Shown here piece after piece: positions 42,018 to 55,933 of a stretch of DNA of 64,000 nt. The stretch is from positions 43,400,001-43,464,000 of the forward strand of contig OZ024740.1 of NCBI GenBank assembly GCA_964016885.1, in the 5' to 3' direction. Every line of letters starts with the position of its first letter. Position 1 is the first letter of the stretch. The notes below the pieces were generated by a model. It saw only the letters and a program-made list of their open reading frames with translations. It made no database searches and was not told the origin of the DNA. The position numbers and the translations under genes are program-made. This DNA is from Eledone cirrhosa (taxonomy: Eukaryota).

Positions 42018-43872
42018 AAGGAGGTGTGGTAAGGAACCAGATGGACCCTGACGCACCAGAGTACTCTATACTTAGGGTAGTAGAATGGGTAATAGGAAAA
42101 TGTTTAACCGCGGCGGCAGAGCTCAAGCCGTTTCGACGGCTATTTTTGGACTAACTTCTAATTTAGTCCATAAATAGCCGTCGAAACGGCTTGAGCTTTA
42201 CCGTCGGGGTTAAATATTTTCCTATTACTCACTTTACTACTTTAAGTATTGAGTACTCTGGTGCGTTATGGTCCATCTGGTTCCTTACCACACCTCCTTC
42301 CTTATCTAGCTCCTACCTCCGTAGTAGAGTACTTTCCGACCCTATCACGCCATATCCCGACTTTTCCACCCAGCTCAAGTTTCAGTGCACCCACCATGCG
42401 AAAACACACTATCGACTTCTCCACCAAGAATATCCCAGTTCCACCGAGAAACCTTTACCTTCGGATGCTCACGCAAAACATCGACCTGTTTGCGAAAAGA
42501 CTGAGATGGAGAACATTTTTGTACGATAGATACCGGGACAACCAGGACTTCGATACCAAGGAGAGATTCGGATTCAATACCTACAAATCTCCCCCACCGA
42601 ACACTATGCTCTCACTCTTCGAGAACAACCTCTTCCACCCGGTCAAGGGTATAACATTCAAACCCAGACACAATCGATTCCTAACACCTACAAAAAGGCT
42701 AACAATTCAATAATCCATGACATAAATCTAGATGGACAACAAATTACCCCCAGCCTTGGTGTCGCCGACCGCACTGAACCCCTCGACCCACGGACTCCCT
42801 ACTTCTCCCTGAAGGACCATAAATCCGACTTCGACCGCAAACCATCCATCAGGCTTATAAACCCGACGAAGTCGGACATAGTGAGAATCAGTAAAAAGAT
42901 CCTAGACCGCGTTATACCAAAAGTTAAGCAAAACGCGTGACTTAGCCTTTTGGTCAGCACCCAGGAAGTCATCTCATTGTTCAGGAATATTGAGGACAAA
43001 CAGGACACCAAATTCATCCAGTTCTACATAGAGAGCTACTACGCCTCTACCTTACCGCTCCTTACGGCCGCTTTGGACTTTGTCAAAACACTCACACACA
43101 TCACCGACCAGGAGAGAAACATCATTCTCCACGCCAGGAAGACAGTCCTCCTTTTCGACAATCCCCAAGTGGATAAATAGATCTCCCGACTCCGCCTTCG
43201 ACATCAGTATGGGGTCGATCGACACGGCCGAGGTGACGGATCTTATAGGATTATTCCTACTATATAAACTCACAGAAATGTTTCCTGCATTCGGCGGTGG
43301 ATTGTACCGAGATGATGGGCTCCTTACCCTCAAAGGGTACAACCCCAGTAGTACAGACCGGGTCCGTAAACAACTAATCAACTTCGTCCGGAACTGGGGA
43401 TTTAAAATCACCCTACAAACATCCCTAACCCGAGTCAATTTCCTGGACGTTACCCTCAACCTCGAAAATGAGCTGTACTACCCATACAGGAGACCAAACG
43501 ACAACCTGCACTACATCCACGCCGCTCTAACCATCCTAGAAACATCACCAATAACCTGATTAAAAACATCTCCCTCCGCATATTTCGTTTGTCCGCTAAT
43601 GAGCAGATATTCGATGAACATGCGCCTCATTACAACCAGACCCTCAAGCGAAGCGGCTTTCGGGAGGAAATCTCCTTTTATCCATTTATCCAGCTGCCCT
43701 TAGCGGAACCAGCAGGCGACGCCGCCTCCCACGGCACGTAACGTCCTCACAATGCCGAGATGGCAACACCAATCGGGAAAAAAAAAAAAAAAAAAAAGGA
43801 AAACAAATTCTAATTTAGTCCAGAAATAGCCGTCGAAACGGCTTGAGCTCTGCCGCCGGGGTTAAACATATT

Positions 43873-43876
<4 letters not shown>
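42012..43876 (+). mobile_element. Penelope-like element family A: inverted pLTR, pLTR, decayed RT ORF, partial 3' pLTR; inserted in (TA)n
   Basis: Arms 42012-42154 and 42163-42305; ATG at 42396 (MRKHTIDFSTKNIP..KRLRWR); SLKDHK..RLINP.KSD; FDISMGS.D.AEV; GLYRDDGL; VNFLDVTL; pLTR repeat at 43808-43876; GIY-YIG domain absent. Confidence 0.92.
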
Positions 43877-43964
<88 letters not shown>

Positions 43965-44599
43965 ATGAGAGAAAGAGAGAGAGATTATATATAGATACAA
44001 CGACAAAGACAAAGTGAGATGCATTTGCATGCGCGTGTGAAAATTTGCTGGAGTGAAAATCTGAGAAATGAATATTACTAGAGAAATTATTTGCAATCGT
44101 GAATTAAAAATATACGTATCCCTATGTAAAGACCATTTGTATAAACATTACATTATAAATTTGTTCTCTGTCTAATCTATTACATTCCTAAACAATGTAG
44201 CTTTATTGTCAAGGCCGCCTTGAAAATGCGTTGCTATGGACTAAATTACCAGCGGCTACTTTAGTTCACAGCAAGCTTTTTTTCTTAAAGTCTTGAATGT
44301 CATTTGGGACTCACCAACTGAAAATCCCGCTAACAACTAACAAATGCATGACAACGTTACCCGGCAACACAATATTCCTTTCTTTTAAGAAGTCCAGAAA
44401 CCACTATAATCAATAATGGATTTCGTTTATTTTACTTCTTCATTCATTCATTTTTTTGGTTTCAATACATTTGAGAATTCAATTTGAAATCTCATTTCAT
44501 AAAAGGAATTGTTTTAAATATTCTATTTAAATTGAAAGTATAAATGAGCGAAACGATAAATTATATGCGTACTGATCTGCAGGTTGCGTATTATTTATA

Positions 44600-44781
44600 T
44601 GGATTGGCATTATCGGTAGAGGGTCGGACGCCATGCTTTGCAGCAAAGAGTTACGGCCCTTTATGGTTTGAGTTCAAATCCCGCCAAAGTTAACTCTGTC
44701 TTTCATCCTTACGGGGTCGATAAAATAAAGTACCAGTAATGTACTGGTTAATTGCTGGCCTTGTGCCAAAAGTAGAAACAG

Positions 44782-44785
<4 letters not shown>
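44600..44785 (+). mobile_element. SINE family 1 copy
   Basis: Matches family consensus. Confidence 0.9.
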
Positions 44786-44840
<55 letters not shown>

Positions 44841-44926
44841 TGTGTGTGTGCGTGTCTGTATGTATGTGTGTGCATGTATGAATATATATATATATATGTG
44901 TGTGCGTGTGTGTAATAGAGAAATGC

Positions 44927-44997
44927 CTTCTTCTTCTTCTTCTTCTTCTTCTTCTTCTTCTTCTTCTTCTTCTTCTTCTTCTTCTTCTTCTTCTTCA
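44927..44997. repeat. (TTC)n microsatellite
   Basis: Directly visible. Confidence 0.95.
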
Positions 44998-45359
44998 CAT
45001 CTGCGTGCAGGACATAGTTATTAGCTGAATCACTCGTGGAGATAGGTGTGAGCTGTCACACACACACACACACACACGAAAGAACAGGCACATGCAACTT
45101 CAAGCACGCTCACTCAATGTTTCGTTCTGCGCTGTCCTTGATTATTTCTTGATGTGAACTCATTGTGTTTAATCAAGAAATCATTAATTTGAATATTTCA
45201 ATAGGATAGATGACTGGAATATAAATGTATTAGAAATGCTTCAGCTGCAACATAAGCAGTTTATAAGTGTGTACTTTAATGTTCATAAATTATATTCGAT
45301 GATACTATAAAATGAGATGCAATAGGATATTGAATTTACTTTTACCAATATATACAATA

Positions 45360-45889
45360 CTAGCAGTGGTACCCGGCGTTGGACGAGATAAGGTATTTTG
45401 GAACGGGGGCCGCCAACAGACCTAATCGTGTAAAAAATGCATACCTGGACAATATGTAAAGAAAATAAAACGAATACTCTGATGGCTGGATAATCTTTAA
45501 GATTTTCCTAGGTGAAGCAGGAAAAACGCAGGTTTTCACCTAGGGGATCAAGAAAATATTATTTTTTATGTGCATAATATGCCTTTAAATTTCGGGAAAA
45601 TCGGCTAGACGTAACGCCTCCAACTTTTTATGGCCCTAGGACATAAAAAGTTGGATTTTCTTTGCTCAGGGTATGAAGAACAGACTGACTAATATAGAGT
45701 TACAATTTCAAGGAAATCGCTCTGAAAAAACCCTAAAAATCTTTAAAACGCAGTTTTTCACCTAATGTCAGCGCTAGGAGATCAAAAAGTTGAATTTTAT
45801 CTGCATAACACTCCTTGAAACATAAGTAATACACATGTAAAGTTTGAAAAAAAATCGGTTGGGTAATTCCCGAGTTTTAGGTATTCAAA

Positions 45890-45972
<83 letters not shown>

Positions 45973-46298
45973 ACATCCTCAGGGAAGTGACGTAATGCAG
46001 ACAGCCAGACATACAGACAGATATTATAAGGGCGCGACGTTATATGTATGTATCTATCTAAAAAGAGAAAGACTAAGAATTATAGAGAGAGATCGTTAAA
46101 ACACCTAATGCGGTCGTTAAAACACCTAATGCGGTCCCTAGGGCATGGAAAATTTGAATTTCTTTTGCTCAGAACACTCCCTGAAACATAAGTATTACAT
46201 GTGTAAAGTTTGAAAACAGTCGGTTGGGTGCTTCTCTAGTTTTAGGGATTCAAACTCACACACACACAGACAGACATCCTCAATGTTATATATATAGA
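45360..46298 (-). mobile_element. Non-autonomous Helitron-like element (family H2) with internal duplication
   Basis: Minus strand starts a|TCtatatata and ends ..aacgccgggtaccactgCTAG|t; ~45780-45981 is duplicated at ~46140-46282. Confidence 0.7.
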
Positions 46299-46310
46299 TA
46301 ATATAATATA

Positions 46311-46394
<84 letters not shown>

Positions 46395-46516
46395 GGAAAT
46401 CAGTAAAATCGAATTCTGGCGGTTTGCAAGTGAATTCGGCCTACTTATATGAAATGATGGGTTAGCAAAGCACTCGATAAGATAGGTGCTTAGAGTAATA
46501 ACATACATTTAAAATA

Positions 46517-46567
<51 letters not shown>

Positions 46568-46572
46568 TATAT

Positions 46573-46665
<93 letters not shown>

Positions 46666-46681
46666 TATACATTTTTTTTTT

Positions 46682-46893
46682 AAGGAACGATCGACTTTCG
46701 TCAAATCGGACCGAGGAAACAATGTTTCCGTTGGTCTTTCCAATTGATAATACTATCTATCGGTCGCAACTCCAGGTAGAGGGAGCAACGTGAAATAAAG
46801 TGTCTTGCTCAAGGACATAACGCATCGCCTGGTCCCGGAATCGAACTCACAAACTAACGATTGCGAATCCAATTCTGTAACCACTCAGCCACA
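46682..46893 (-). mobile_element. tRNA-derived SINE family 2 copy
   Basis: Reverse complement of 62312-62523. Confidence 0.85.
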
Positions 46894-46944
46894 AGCAATA
46901 ATATATATATATATTTTCTACTGTTTTCTTTTCTTTTTTACTAT

Positions 46945-47041
<97 letters not shown>

Positions 47042-47653
47042 TTATATATATATATATATTTCAGTTTAGTAGTCAGTTACAAATATTAAGCTCTAAGAAA
47101 ATACTTCTGAGCATTACATTATAATTTAAAAAAAATATATGTTCAACACTACTGTGTTTTTTTTTGCAAAATGACAATTATTTTTTAGCCAGATAGAAAT
47201 ATCTTAATTCAAGTACATATAGTCCGTCTGTATGGATCTAGAGAATATTAAATATTAAATCTATACTTACAGACGTAAAATGGCAACTGCCTGGTGCCTA
47301 GACAAGTTTAAATTTCAAAATTCAAACCTTTTCAGCAGATCGGGCGGAACTTCAAAACATAAACCTGTTTCACAAGGGATGTTATACTAATGAAATAATT
47401 AATTAATTACGGAACAACTATTCATAAAATAATTATTAGTAAAGCAATCAATTTTCTGTGATCTTCGGTAGGCACCCAGAAATTAAAATCACTTCTCCTA
47501 AGATAATATCTTAAGACTGATCTGTCGCAAGCCTAATACATGTGCTTTTGCACACGACCTTCTCAGCATTCTGGCTCATATCCATGGCGCTAGAAATAGC
47601 ACCCGCGAATATGTGATTATGAATTCAGCTCACCGTAGGAGCAGATTAATTAA

Positions 47654-47715
<62 letters not shown>

Positions 47716-47814
47716 ATAGTAAAAATGAAAAGAAAACAGTAGAAAAGGCTAAAGGGATTTTCTCTCACAATAACACCAAAACATTTATTTACAAAATAGG
47801 AATTTCCGCATTAT

Positions 47815-47850
47815 TTCTACCGGTTTCAGCTTGTAGGCTTCTTCAAACGA
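47815..47850 (-). ncRNA. Degenerate hammerhead motif
   Basis: UUGAAGA-agc cuacaa gcu-GAAA-ccgg-UA; C3 changed and stem I poor; ~100 nt from (TA)n. Confidence 0.4.
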
Positions 47851-48018
47851 CGGAAGTGTATAATGCAATTAAATTGCATATTAATAAGGACAATAAGAAT
47901 ATGGGACATATTTTTTCTTTTTTTCTACATACATAGAGTAAAGTTCACATTTTTGTCTGTAGTTTTCTTTCTTTTTCTCTTGCTGTTGACGTTAGCTGTG
48001 TCACCAGTAATATATATA

Positions 48019-48490
48019 CTAGCACCCGAAGGGTGGTTTTCTGCTAGCATATGTAGTGTGCATATTGATATTATATATAACGCAAATATATATGCATGTA
48101 GATATGATACATCAAATAAAATCATAATTGACAATATACACAGAAATTAAAAGAAGACTACGATTCACTCTCTTATGTAATCAGTAAAGTAATCTATGAT
48201 ACATTAAAAAAAAAGATATCATATATAAACTGCATTAGGAATAAAATTAGTGACGGAAAAATATAAATGTTTATTTAAACGATCGCTAACCGGAAGTGTT
48301 GGCATTTGAAAATATTAAAGAAATGAATCTTTAAATAAGCAATACAATATATTTAATGAACATCTACGAAATTTAGTAGATAAATTATGAAATATTCATT
48401 CATTATTTATTCAAAGTAATCCAACTTATTTTACAAACGGGATAAAAAAATATTCTCGACGCAGTCCCGCACTCCTTTATTTATTATAGA
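48019..48490 (-). mobile_element. Non-autonomous Helitron-like element (family H1)
   Basis: Copy of 9107-9537; minus strand starts TC and ends CTAG. Confidence 0.7.
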
Positions 48491-48541
48491 TAATATATAT
48501 ATATATATATATATTTGTGTGTGTGTGTGTGCGTGTGTGTA

Positions 48542-48577
<36 letters not shown>

Positions 48578-49392
48578 GTTCTTGCCATTCTTTTTCCTTG
48601 AAAATATATAATCTTAGTTTTCGAATAAAAGAAAGAGTCAGTTGGAAATGGGTTAACGTAGACATACAAAAAATAACAACTTATAAACAACAAGAAGGGG
48701 GAGAAAAAAATCATAAAAGAAATAGAGCTAAGGTGATCAACATTGAAAATAGAAAGCATTATTTCTGAAACTATCTTTTCAAATATTTGTAAGATAAGAA
48801 AATATCAAATACAATTTCAACAAGATCTCATCATCGATAGCAAACTGATATTTTTATTTCTTCTGAAGTTTCCTATATTATTCAAGATGATGGAAAATAA
48901 AAGAAAAGTTATACCAAATAGCAGGCTTCCAATAACCAAAAATATAACAATAGTGAAAATGGATGATTTGTATACTTTCAAATATTTTTTTTATTTTTTT
49001 GATAAATCAAAATCTGGCATAGTATTAGAATATAATCACGTCGTATTATCCCAGACTTTGGTAACGTGACATCGACCGCCAGTTCGATATCAAAGAGGGA
49101 ATTGATTTACGACATAGGTGGAAAATAAGTAAATAGACGAAGAAATGTTCTAGTTATTGGTGTAAAAGTAACAAACGAAATCAATAACTTTAACTTTTGC
49201 AGTACTTAATCAACTATCGCAATTCCGTTAAAGAAACTTATCCTCTTGTTCAGTTTAAGTAGGAAAGCCACTTTACTTTTTAAGACAAAAATATATCTAT
49301 ACAAGAAGTAACATTATCTACATATTCCCAACAATCAATAAGAATTCATTTACTCTCGCAATTGATCTCTCATTCATTGTGTGTGCCTCACT

Positions 49393-49458
<66 letters not shown>

Positions 49459-49579
49459 GGAGGTGAGTTTTATTGTAGCACAATAAAGAAATGCAAATAT
49501 CGGATAAGTAGTACTCTACAGTTTGTAGAACTGGAGTATAAATAATATAAGATTAAAAGATGGTTAAAAGAGTTCCAAG

Positions 49580-49650
49580 TATTTTATTATGCGCATTTCA
49601 AAAACAAATATCATCATGGGATGATATCTGCGTTCTCATCAGATAAAATA
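49580..49650 (-). ncRNA. Type I hammerhead ribozyme
   Basis: uauuuuau-CUGAUGA-long stem II-GAAA-ugcgca-UA-auaaaaua. Confidence 0.85.
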
Positions 49651-52211
49651 GGGAGACATGATAAGAAGCTTAAAAAACACTTGTGAATAGTGAAGTTTTA
49701 AATCAACATATCAAAAATATATTAAGATTGATGTATGAGATTGGGAAAAAGTGAAGGCGAGGAGTTAGGAAGAGGAAGAAATAAGAGTTAAGGATGGTGG
49801 GGGAGGAGTATAAGAAGGAAGGATGAGAGAGGAGGAGAGATGGGTGATAGAGAGAGAGAGATAGCCTTTACAACTGAGAAAAAAATATTGTCTCACAGAG
49901 AAAAATTAAAAGGCCGTTGGAAGATAATAGGTAATTTGAAAGATTTTGAAATTAAAAGTTAATGAGGTTTATGCATGAAGAGAAAAAGGGGTTAAGAATA
50001 GTATTAAATTAAAGTTTGTATATTGAAGGGTTTAATAATATGTGCGAAGAAAAGAATTTATTAATATGTATTATTATTAAAATATTAATGATATTAAGGG
50101 TATAATGTGAAAAGAAGAAGAATGAATGAGTTATGAATTTAGAGGAATTAGTTAGGGCTTAAGTTTGTTTTTATGTAATGTAATATGTGTACGTAAATAA
50201 TTTGTTTAAAATGAGCGCGGAAGGAAAGGAGAAAAAAGAATGTTTAAGGAAGAAAATATCTAACATCAAAAAGTATATATGTTTACGAAATATTTTCTAA
50301 TGGTGATAATATAATATATTAAAAGAAATTAGTTAGGGTTTAAGTTTGTTTTTATGTATTGTAATATGTAAAAATCAAATTAAGTAGTAGGTTTAAAACG
50401 AGCATGAAAGGATGGAAGAGATAAGAAAAATTTAAGGAAAAAAAAAAACCTAACGTCCAAAGTTTATATGTTTACGAAGGACTTCTAATGGTAATATTAT
50501 AATGTATTAAAAAAAATAATTTTATGGCCAATGATATGAGGAAAGATGGAAGAATGGATAATGTTGTGGTGAGTAATAATATGAATTGAGAAGTAGATGG
50601 GAAGAAAAAGTACAGTTTAGAGGTTAGAAATTTAAAAGAAAAATGGAAGAAAGGAAAATGATAAAGAGGAATGATATAGAATGAGTAAATTGTATTATAT
50701 AATATATAATACTGAAATAAGGTAGAAAGATGGGTATATTTGTAAAAGATATATAAGCCTTTGACAAAAAATATTTTAAACTAGTAAGTATTCAGATATT
50801 AGCTGTATACTTTTTGGAATGTTCTATGGAATTTATGCAAGCAGAGAGAAAATAAATCTGTGCATCTATTTATTATAGAATTGAAATTAGATATAACTGT
50901 AAATTTCTCGGCTAGGCAGAGATTACATGTTCTGGATAGGAAGGAATTCAGGTAAAGAAAGGCGGAACAAACCTTCCTCCAAGAGATGTTATAGTTAATA
51001 TTTTTGTCTTTCAAGGACCATATGAGTTCCGAGAGTGTCGTGTTAGTTCTTTTAAGTTGGTATTTAAAAGATGAATTGTAATTATAAAATCTAGCTTTGA
51101 AGGAAGTGGAAGTGGAATCGAAATAGGTAAAGGAATTGGTATCAGTTATAACCTTACATTCATAGACTAAGTTTTTATCAAGACAATGGTTTAATAATAT
51201 CATTCCTCATTATCATTTTCCTTTCTTCCTTTTTTCTTTTTAATTTCTAACCTCTAATCTGTACTTTTTCTTCCCAGCTACTTCTCAATTCATATTATTA
51301 CTCACCACAACATTATCCATTCTTCCATCTTTCCTCATATCATTGGCCATAAAAATTATTTTTTTAATACATTATAATATTACCATTAGAAGTCCTTCGT
51401 AAACATATAAACTTTTGACGTTAGGTTTTTTTTTCTTCCTTACATTTTTCTTATCTCTTCAATCCTTTCACACTCGTTTTAAACCTACTACTTAATTTGA
51501 CTTTTACATATTACAATACATAAAAACAAACTTAAACCCTAACTAATTTCTTTTAATATATTATATTATTACCATTAGAAAATATTTCGTAAACATATAT
51601 ACTTTTTGATGTTAGATATTTTCTTCCTTAAACATTCTTATCTTCATTCCTTCCGCGCTCATTTTAAACAAACTATTTACGTACACATATTATATTACAT
51701 AAAAACAAACTTAAACCCTAACTAATTCCTCTAAATTCATAACTCATTCATTCTTCTCCTTCTTTTCACATTATACCCTTAATATCATTCATATTTTTTA
51801 TTTTAATAATACATATTAATAAATTCTTTTCTTCGCACATATTATTAAACCCTTCAATATACAAACCTTAATTTAATACTATTCTTAATTCCTTTTTCTT
51901 CATGCATAAACCTCATTAACTTTTAATTTCACAATCTTTTAAATTATCTATTATCTTCCAACGGCTTTTTAATTTCTCTCTCTGTGAGACAATATTTTTT
52001 CTCAGTTGTAAAGGCTATCTCTCTCTCTCCATCACCCATCTCTCCTCCTCTCTCACCATCCTTTACTCTTATTTCTTCCTCTTCCTTACTTTTTCCACCC
52101 CACCCCCTCACTTTTTCCCAATCTCATACATCAATCTTAATTTATTTTTCATATGTTGATTTAAAACTTCACTATTCACAAGTGTTTTTTAAGCTTCATA
52201 TCATGTCGCTC

Positions 52212-52282
52212 TATTTTATCTGATGAGAACGCAGATATCATCCCATAATGATATTTGTTTTTGAAATGCGCATAATAAAATA
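52212..52282 (+). ncRNA. Type I hammerhead ribozyme
   Basis: Same fold as 49580-49650. Confidence 0.85.
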
Positions 52283-52312
52283 CTTGGAACTCTTTTAACC
52301 ATCTTTTGATCT

Positions 52313-52371
<59 letters not shown>

Positions 52372-52376
<5 letters not shown>

Positions 52377-53165
52377 CATTAAACAAGGTTCAATGAATAA
52401 ATCAAAGAATGAGTTTTACAATAGATTGGAACCACTCAACAGCTTTGGTTTTCCGGAGTTATTAATATTAATTCAAAATATTAACAAAAATAAACATTCG
52501 TGTGGTCAAGTATATTTTATTTTACATATTTCAGAGGTACTGAGCTATCTTCAACACTACGGCTTCATCAGATAAAATAAGATGATGCATGACATACCCT
52601 GACTTAGTAGATGGTTAAGATTCAATCATGATAGTGAATAGGATATGACAAAACTCAATATTTATATACCTTAAGATTGAGACATGAAAAAATGTATATA
52701 TAATACAGAGGGTGCGTGTGAGAAAGCTTAAAAATACATAATAGCAATTTACATAACTGTTAGAGATTCAAATAATTTAACATATTGAAGAAAGAAGAAA
52801 GAAAGAAGAAAGTCAGGGAGAAACAGATGAGGAAAAAATATAGTTACTAGAAGTATAGAAAGCAAAAGAGAATTGATCAAGGATAGAGAGACAAGGAGGA
52901 ATAATTTTTATAGTATAAAGAATAGGGAGGGAGATTTGTATTGTCGTGGATGAATAGGGTATGATTTGATGATGCAAAAATATCTATATCTATATGAATA
53001 CATGAATATACATTTGGGCATAGCTTTGTGAAAGAGTAAACTCGAATCTTTGAATTATCTAGAAGTATCCATCGATCTAAATATTAAATATATCTGGGTG
53101 TAATTATATGAGGGTTTAATTTCGAGTCCTTAGTTAATTAGAAATATACTATCAATTAATTATAT
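52372..53165 (-). mobile_element. PLE-like tail with degenerate hammerhead (52513-52579)
   Basis: uauuuuau-CUGAUGA...GAAA-uaugua-aa-auaaaaua; bounded by (TA)n on both sides. Confidence 0.55.
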
Positions 53166-53267
53166 ACACTATATATATATATATATATATCCAAACGTAT
53201 CCGGCTAACCGTTAAATTTCGAATCATTTATGTTAGTTCAGAATAATGAATTAATCTAAAGGTATAT

Positions 53268-55006
53268 ATTTATGCAAGCAGAGCGAAAATAAATCTGTGC
53301 GTCTATTTATTATAGAATTGAAATTAGATATAATGGTAAATTTCTCGGCTAGGCAGAGATTACATATTCTGGATAGGGAAGAATTCAGGTAAGGAAAGGC
53401 GGAACAAACCTTCCTCCAAGAGATGTTATAGTTAATATTTGTGTCTTTATTAACTATAACATCTCTTGGAGGAAGGTTTGTTCCGCCTTTCCTTACCTGA
53501 ATTCTTCCCTATCCAGAACATGTAATCTCTGCCTAGCCGAGAAATTTACCATTATATCTAATTTCAATTCTATAATAAATAGACGCACAGATTTATTTTC
53601 GCTCTGCTTGCATAAATTCCACAGAACATTCTATAAAGTATACAGCTAATATCTCAATACCTTACTAGTTTAAAATACTTTTTTCACAAAGGCTTATATA
53701 TCTTTTACAAATATACCCATCTTTCTACCTTATTTCAGTATTATATATTATGTAATACAATTTATTCATTCTATGTCATTCTTCTTTATCATTTTCCTTT
53801 CTTCCTTTATTATTTTTAATTTCTAATCTCTAATCTGTACTTTTTCTTCCCATCTACTTCTCAATTCATATTATTACTCAACACAACATTATCCATTCTT
53901 CCATCTTTCCTCATATCATTGGCCATAAAATTTATTTTTTTAATACATTATAATATTACCATTAGAAGTCCTTCGTAAACATATAAACTTTTTGACGCTA
54001 CATTTTTTCTTCCTTAAATTTTTCTTATCTCTTCTATCCTTTCATGCTCGTTTTAAACCTACTACTTAATTTTACTTTTACATATTACAATATATAAAAA
54101 CAAACTTAAACCCTAACTAATTTCTTTTAATATATTATAATATTACCATTATAAAATATTTCGTAACCATATATACTTTTTGATGTTAGATATTTTCTTC
54201 CTTAAACATTTTTTTTTTCTCTCCTTCCGAGCTCATTTTAAACATACTATTTACGTATATATATTACAATACATAAAAACAAACTTAAACCCTTACTAAT
54301 TCCTCTAAATTCATAACTCATTTATTCTTCTCCTTCTTTTCACATTATATCCTTAATATCATTACTATTTTTATTTTAATAATACATATTAATAAATTCT
54401 TTTCTTCGCACATATTATTAAACCCTCCAATATACAAACTTTAATTTAATACTATTCTTAATCCCTTTTATTCATGCATAAACCTCATTAACTTTTAATT
54501 TCAAAGTCTTTTAAATTATCTATTAACTTCCAAAGGCTTTTTAATTTCTCTCTGTGAGACAATATCTTTTCTCAGTTGTAAAGGCTATCTCTCTCTCTCT
54601 CTCTCTATGACCCATCTCTCCTCCTCTCTCATCCTTCCTTCTTATACTCCTCCCCCACCATCCTTTACTCTTATTTCTTCCTCTTCCTTACCTTTTCCAA
54701 CCCCCCTCACATTTTCCCAATCTCATACATCCATCTTAATTTATTTTTCATATGTTGATTTAAAACTTCACTGCTCACAAGTGTTTTTTAAGCTTCATAT
54801 CATGTCTCCCTATTTTATCTGATGAGAACGCAGATATCATCCCATGATGATATTTGTTTTTGAAATGCGCATAATAAAATACTTGGAACTCTTTTAACCA
54901 TCTTTTGATCTTATATTATTTATACTCCAGTCCTACAAACTGTAGAGTCCTACTTATCCGATATTTGCATTTCTTTATTGTGCTACAATAAAACTCACCT
55001 CCTACA
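53268..55006 (+). mobile_element. PLE 3' fragment (same family as 49455) with a 170 bp 5' fold-back
   Basis: Arms 53268-53437 and 53448-53617; plus copy runs to ctcacctcctaca|TA, the same end as 49455. Confidence 0.92.
54811..54881 (+). ncRNA. Type I hammerhead ribozyme
   Basis: Reverse complement of 49580-49650. Confidence 0.85.
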
Positions 55007-55630
<624 letters not shown>

Positions 55631-55637
<7 letters not shown>

Positions 55638-55835
55638 TATTTTGCAATACACTGTATGCTTAATTAAAAGCATTTCGAAGACCTTATGCTATTGTTTTAG
55701 AGTAATGACAGTCTAACTTACTTTAATTTTTGCAGAAAAGTAAAGTAAGTGAGACTGTCACTACTCTAAAACAATAGCATAAGGTCTTCGAAATGCTTTT
55801 AATTAAGCATACAATGTATTGCAAAATACACTATA
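55631..55835. repeat. Near-perfect hairpin (95 bp arms, 15 nt spacer) between TA runs
   Basis: tatagtgtattttgcaatac...ttacttta / taaagtaa...gtattgcaaaatacactata. Confidence 0.95.
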
Positions 55836-55873
55836 TATACATTCATACATATATCGCTATTTCAGAGCACCAA

Positions 55874-55931
<58 letters not shown>

Positions 55932-55933
<2 letters not shown>

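Larger units (their letters stand above)
49455..52320. mobile_element. PLE head-to-head insertion: minus copy (GIY-YIG 50799-51195 plus 1.35 kb tail) and inverted tail copy (51197-52320); both ends in (TA)n
   Basis: CLDKNLVYEC...FKARF.N...T.LS.LIW.LK...CNLCLAEK; ~1.1 kb inverted arms 49546-50676 and 51197-52320. Confidence 0.92.
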
